Source of the DNA: an uncultured Prevotellaceae bacterium
GTDB lineage: Bacteria; Bacteroidota; Bacteroidia; Bacteroidales; UBA3663
Direction: 5' to 3'
DNA length: 64,000 bases
Assembly: GCA_964567855.1 (NCBI GenBank)
Contig: CAZMOE010000008.1
Location: 4,921 to 68,920, forward strand
Within the stretch, counting starts at the first letter, position 1. Each line of letters begins with the position of its first letter. This document shows positions 61,966-64,000 of this stretch, piece after piece. The notes beneath the pieces were generated by a model. The model had not been told where the DNA came from and searched no databases. It was given only the letters and a program-made list of their open reading frames with translations. The translations under genes were made by a program, and so were the position numbers.

Positions 61966-62262
61966 ATTAATATTTGAGAATATCCGGCACTTGCCATTTT
62001 AATCTTTTACGTTCCACCGCCATTTCCATAGCCGGAATGGGTATTTCAACAAAACACAGACTTCCAAGAAGCATACTAAATCGACAAATGTTCTTCAAAA
62101 GAGGAAATGCAAAAAGCACATGAAAAGCAACTGCCGATCGCACCGGATTCCTGACCACGGTCATTTCAGTCGAAGTTCTTTACCCTCCAGCCCGGCCACG
62201 TAACCAGCAGCCCGGAAATAAAATATATCAAAAATAAACGGCCTCATTTATAATTTTAATAT

Positions 62263-62270
62263 TATCTTTG
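62263..62270 (+). promoter_or_regulatory. sigma-A -7 motif (TAtcTTTG), candidate promoter of GT2 gene 62494
   Basis: tatctttg follows an AT-rich stretch. This implies a leader of roughly 215 nt. Confidence 0.35.
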
Positions 62271-62493
62271 CAAATCTTTCAACCTAAAACGACATTTTCT
62301 TGCTCTGCATGAACCATTCTTTCGATATGCAACGGAATCCTCCCCGATACAAATCCGGCGCGGACAGCACCACGTTCAGTAAAATACGTCGGCCGCATCG
62401 GCCTGACCGGCGCTTATGCAGTTTGCCATATCACCATTTCCGCCTCCGGCACATTCCTATAACTATGTATTAACCCGCTATAAACACAACCCT

Positions 62494-63414
62494 ATGGAAT
62501 CCGTAAGTGTAATAATCACAACCCGCAACAGGCTCGATCTTCTGAAAAGGGCCATCGACAGCGTCATGTCCCAGACATACCGAAGCATAGAATGTATCGT
62601 CGTTGACGACGCGTCGTCGGATGGAACCGAAGAATACTGTCTTGCTCTTCCTCTGAAATACATACGTATCTCCGAGCAGCCGCATAAAGGCGGCGCCAAC
62701 TACGGTCGCAACATCGGGATAAGGGCCGCCACAGGCAGGTGGATCGCATTTCTGGACGATGATGACTATTGGCTTCCGGAAAAAATAGAAAAACAGGTCG
62801 ATTTGATTCTGGCCAAAAAATGCGGACTGGTATATTGCGGATATAGAAAAGAAATTGTCAGCAGGGAAGGGACCTCATTCCGCAATTGCCTGCCCAAAGC
62901 AAAATGGCAAGGAGACCTGAGCCGCAAAATCCTGACCACCATCAACTGTTGCACGACAAGCCTGGTACTTGCAGAAAAACAATTGCTGTCGGACATAGGA
63001 ATGTTTGACGAAGATATCCTTTTCTGGCAAGATTATGAACTTACAATCCGGGCAGCACAGGCAACACCATTCTATTTTGTCGATGAAATCCTCTGTATAT
63101 ACCGTGTCGACCTGCAGGACCGGCAACGTGTTACCAATAAATACAACGGCTGGAACAATACGGTGCGTTACATCTACGAGAAACACCGGGCCTTATACCA
63201 AAAACTGTCACTCTCCGAGAAGATAAAAAGAAAAAAGATATGGATTCGGGATGCCATCAAAAGATGTAAGAAAGAGCGGCTCATGGAGAGATATTACAAA
63301 CTGCGGGGATACTTTCTCTTGCTCAGTATTCTTCTTCCTCTGACCCGGATTCCCCATTTCTTCAGCCGGATATTTATGGATCCCGACCGTAAGACAACCG
63401 CAAAGAATATATAG
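62494..63414 (+). CDS. glycosyltransferase family 2
   Basis: Start trimmed to MESVSVIITTRNRLDLLKRAIDSV. IVVDDASSDGTEE and FLDDDDYW (DxD). The C-terminus has a TM-like helix (YFLLLSILLPL). Confidence 0.85.
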   Translation: MESVSVIITTRNRLDLLKRAIDSVMSQTYRSIECIVVDDASSDGTEEYCLALPLKYIRISEQPHKGGANYGRNIGIRAATGRWIAFLDDDDYWLPEKIEKQVDLILAKKCGLVYCGYRKEIVSREGTSFRNCLPKAKWQGDLSRKILTTINCCTTSLVLAEKQLLSDIGMFDEDILFWQDYELTIRAAQATPFYFVDEILCIYRVDLQDRQRVTNKYNGWNNTVRYIYEKHRALYQKLSLSEKIKRKKIWIRDAIKRCKKERLMERYYKLRGYFLLLSILLPLTRIPHFFSRIFMDPDRKTTAKNI

Positions 63415-63461
63415 CAAGACCCGGATATCTTTAACGTCCGCAATCCCGTGCAACCGCCGGC

Positions 63462-63496
63462 TCCGGAGGCCGGTCATAAGACAACCGGCCTCCGGA
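63462..63496. terminator. bidirectional hairpin between convergent GT2 and licD-family genes
   Basis: tccggaggccggt cataagaca accggcctccgga: perfect 13-bp stem, 9-nt loop. Confidence 0.6.
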
Positions 63497-63518
63497 TTCC
63501 GGCCACAACGGCGTTTCT

Positions 63519-64000
63519 CTACTTTCCCGATAGTTCAAGATAGCTGCGTTCCGTATCGAAATTCATTCTTCCATGAGTGCTTGGGGCCATCACGGGTTTC
63601 ATATAGTCTCCGAACCGCACGCTGAGGATTTCATCATACCCGACGGGGATCGGCATTTTGATATATTCGAAATCGACCCACTTGACCTCTTTGAAATTAG
63701 AAATTCGTTTTACAGGAGAGGTCATGTTAAGGCATAATTTACAACAAAGATAGGTATCTTCCGCCTTTACGCTTCTCAACAGATCCTCATACCGACGGAA
63801 TGCCTCCACATCTGAAAGTGCCGGGATATGCTGACGGCAATAACGGTAACATTTCTCCGGCAAAAGATTGCAGATTTTGGTTGTCATCTTCAGTTTGAAC
63901 TTTGTATTCTTGAGCCGGCGGATATGCTTGATAAAAGCACGCGGAGAACTGGGGACATAATCGATAACCATGATATCGACGAAAATTCCCTGATTGAATT
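63519..64000 (-). CDS. LicD-family phosphotransferase (phosphocholine/ribitol-phosphate-type), C-terminal part; 5' end outside window
   Basis: The frame stays open upstream of the listed Met to the window edge (my translation ...FNQGIFVDIMVIDYVP...). (D/I)IFP/V.D-like and GDYM.P....H blocks (RFGDYMKPVMAPSTHG) are typical of LicD. Confidence 0.65.
   Translation of the reverse strand, partial: FNQGIFVDIMVIDYVPSSPRAFIKHIRRLKNTKFKLKMTTKICNLLPEKCYRYCRQHIPALSDVEAFRRYEDLLRSVKAEDTYLCCKLCLNMTSPVKRISNFKEVKWVDFEYIKMPIPVGYDEILSVRFGDYMKPVMAPSTHGRMNFDTERSYLELSGK

Noticed and set aside
62309-62473. 54-codon ORF in the GT2 leader (MNHSFDMQRNPPRYKSGADSTTFSKIRRPHRPDRRLCSLPYHHFRLRHIPITMY).
   Set aside because: Its composition is Arg/Pro/His-rich, typical of out-of-frame GC-rich DNA. 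There are no hydrophobic or structured segments and no supporting signal. It is kept only as a note within the long-leader finding.
61746-62493. Invertible (phase-variable) promoter between the divergent glycan genes, as at Bacteroides capsule loci.
   Set aside because: I could not find flanking inverted repeats of meaningful length around either promoter motif. There is no ARACGTWCGT-like recombinase site and no nearby site-specific recombinase gene.

Overview
This is a chromosomal segment with the hallmarks of a Bacteroidales (Bacteroidota) genome. Start codons lack Shine-Dalgarno sequences. Seventeen correctly oriented TAnnTTTG '-7' promoter motifs sit upstream of genes. The ftsY / DUF4295 / rpmG / rpmB synteny is present, as are large FtsX-type permease paralogs and an HTCS-like propeller regulator. 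I call 42 protein-coding genes (two run off the window edges) and one tRNA-Pro(GGG). I saw no rRNA, CRISPR array, transposase, integrase or phage gene.

Layout, left to right:
- 1-1763: a VWA-domain fragment and a WG-repeat membrane protein.
- 1939-15675: a two-component system divergent from a tolC / MFP / ABC-ATPase / three-FtsX-permease efflux operon, followed without a visible terminator by a choloylglycine-hydrolase-family (BSH/PVA-like) gene.
- 16056-20120: tRNA-Pro, an unknown lipoprotein, an LTA-synthase-family membrane protein and an S4-domain protein.
- 20365-45710: a 25-kb, single-strand, 12-gene glycan-degradation cluster (propeller/AraC regulator, GH2, GH106-like, unknown, GH78, GH28, AraC, MFS sugar porter, GH35, GH43, DUF5107-TPR). 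It has no SusC/SusD pair and no lyase in the window.
- 45916-52155: housekeeping genes (rimO, ftsY, DUF4295, rpmG, rpmB, cinA-like, TPR protein).
- 52494-64000: surface-glycan genes (wecE/wecF-like, GT2, LPS-kinase family, WbbI-like transferase, GT2, LicD), interrupted by leuS and yitT.

Nothing here is demonstrably a new system from sequence alone. The best candidates for follow-up are:
- the sensor-less kinase paired with the efflux module, plus the linked BSH-like gene;
- the membrane-tethered propeller-AraC regulator that lacks a phosphorelay;
- the uncharacterised 688-aa secreted protein and the cytoplasmic DUF5107 giant inside the rhamnose/galacturonate-type hydrolase cluster.

All family assignments rest on motif recognition by eye. 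No database search was run.
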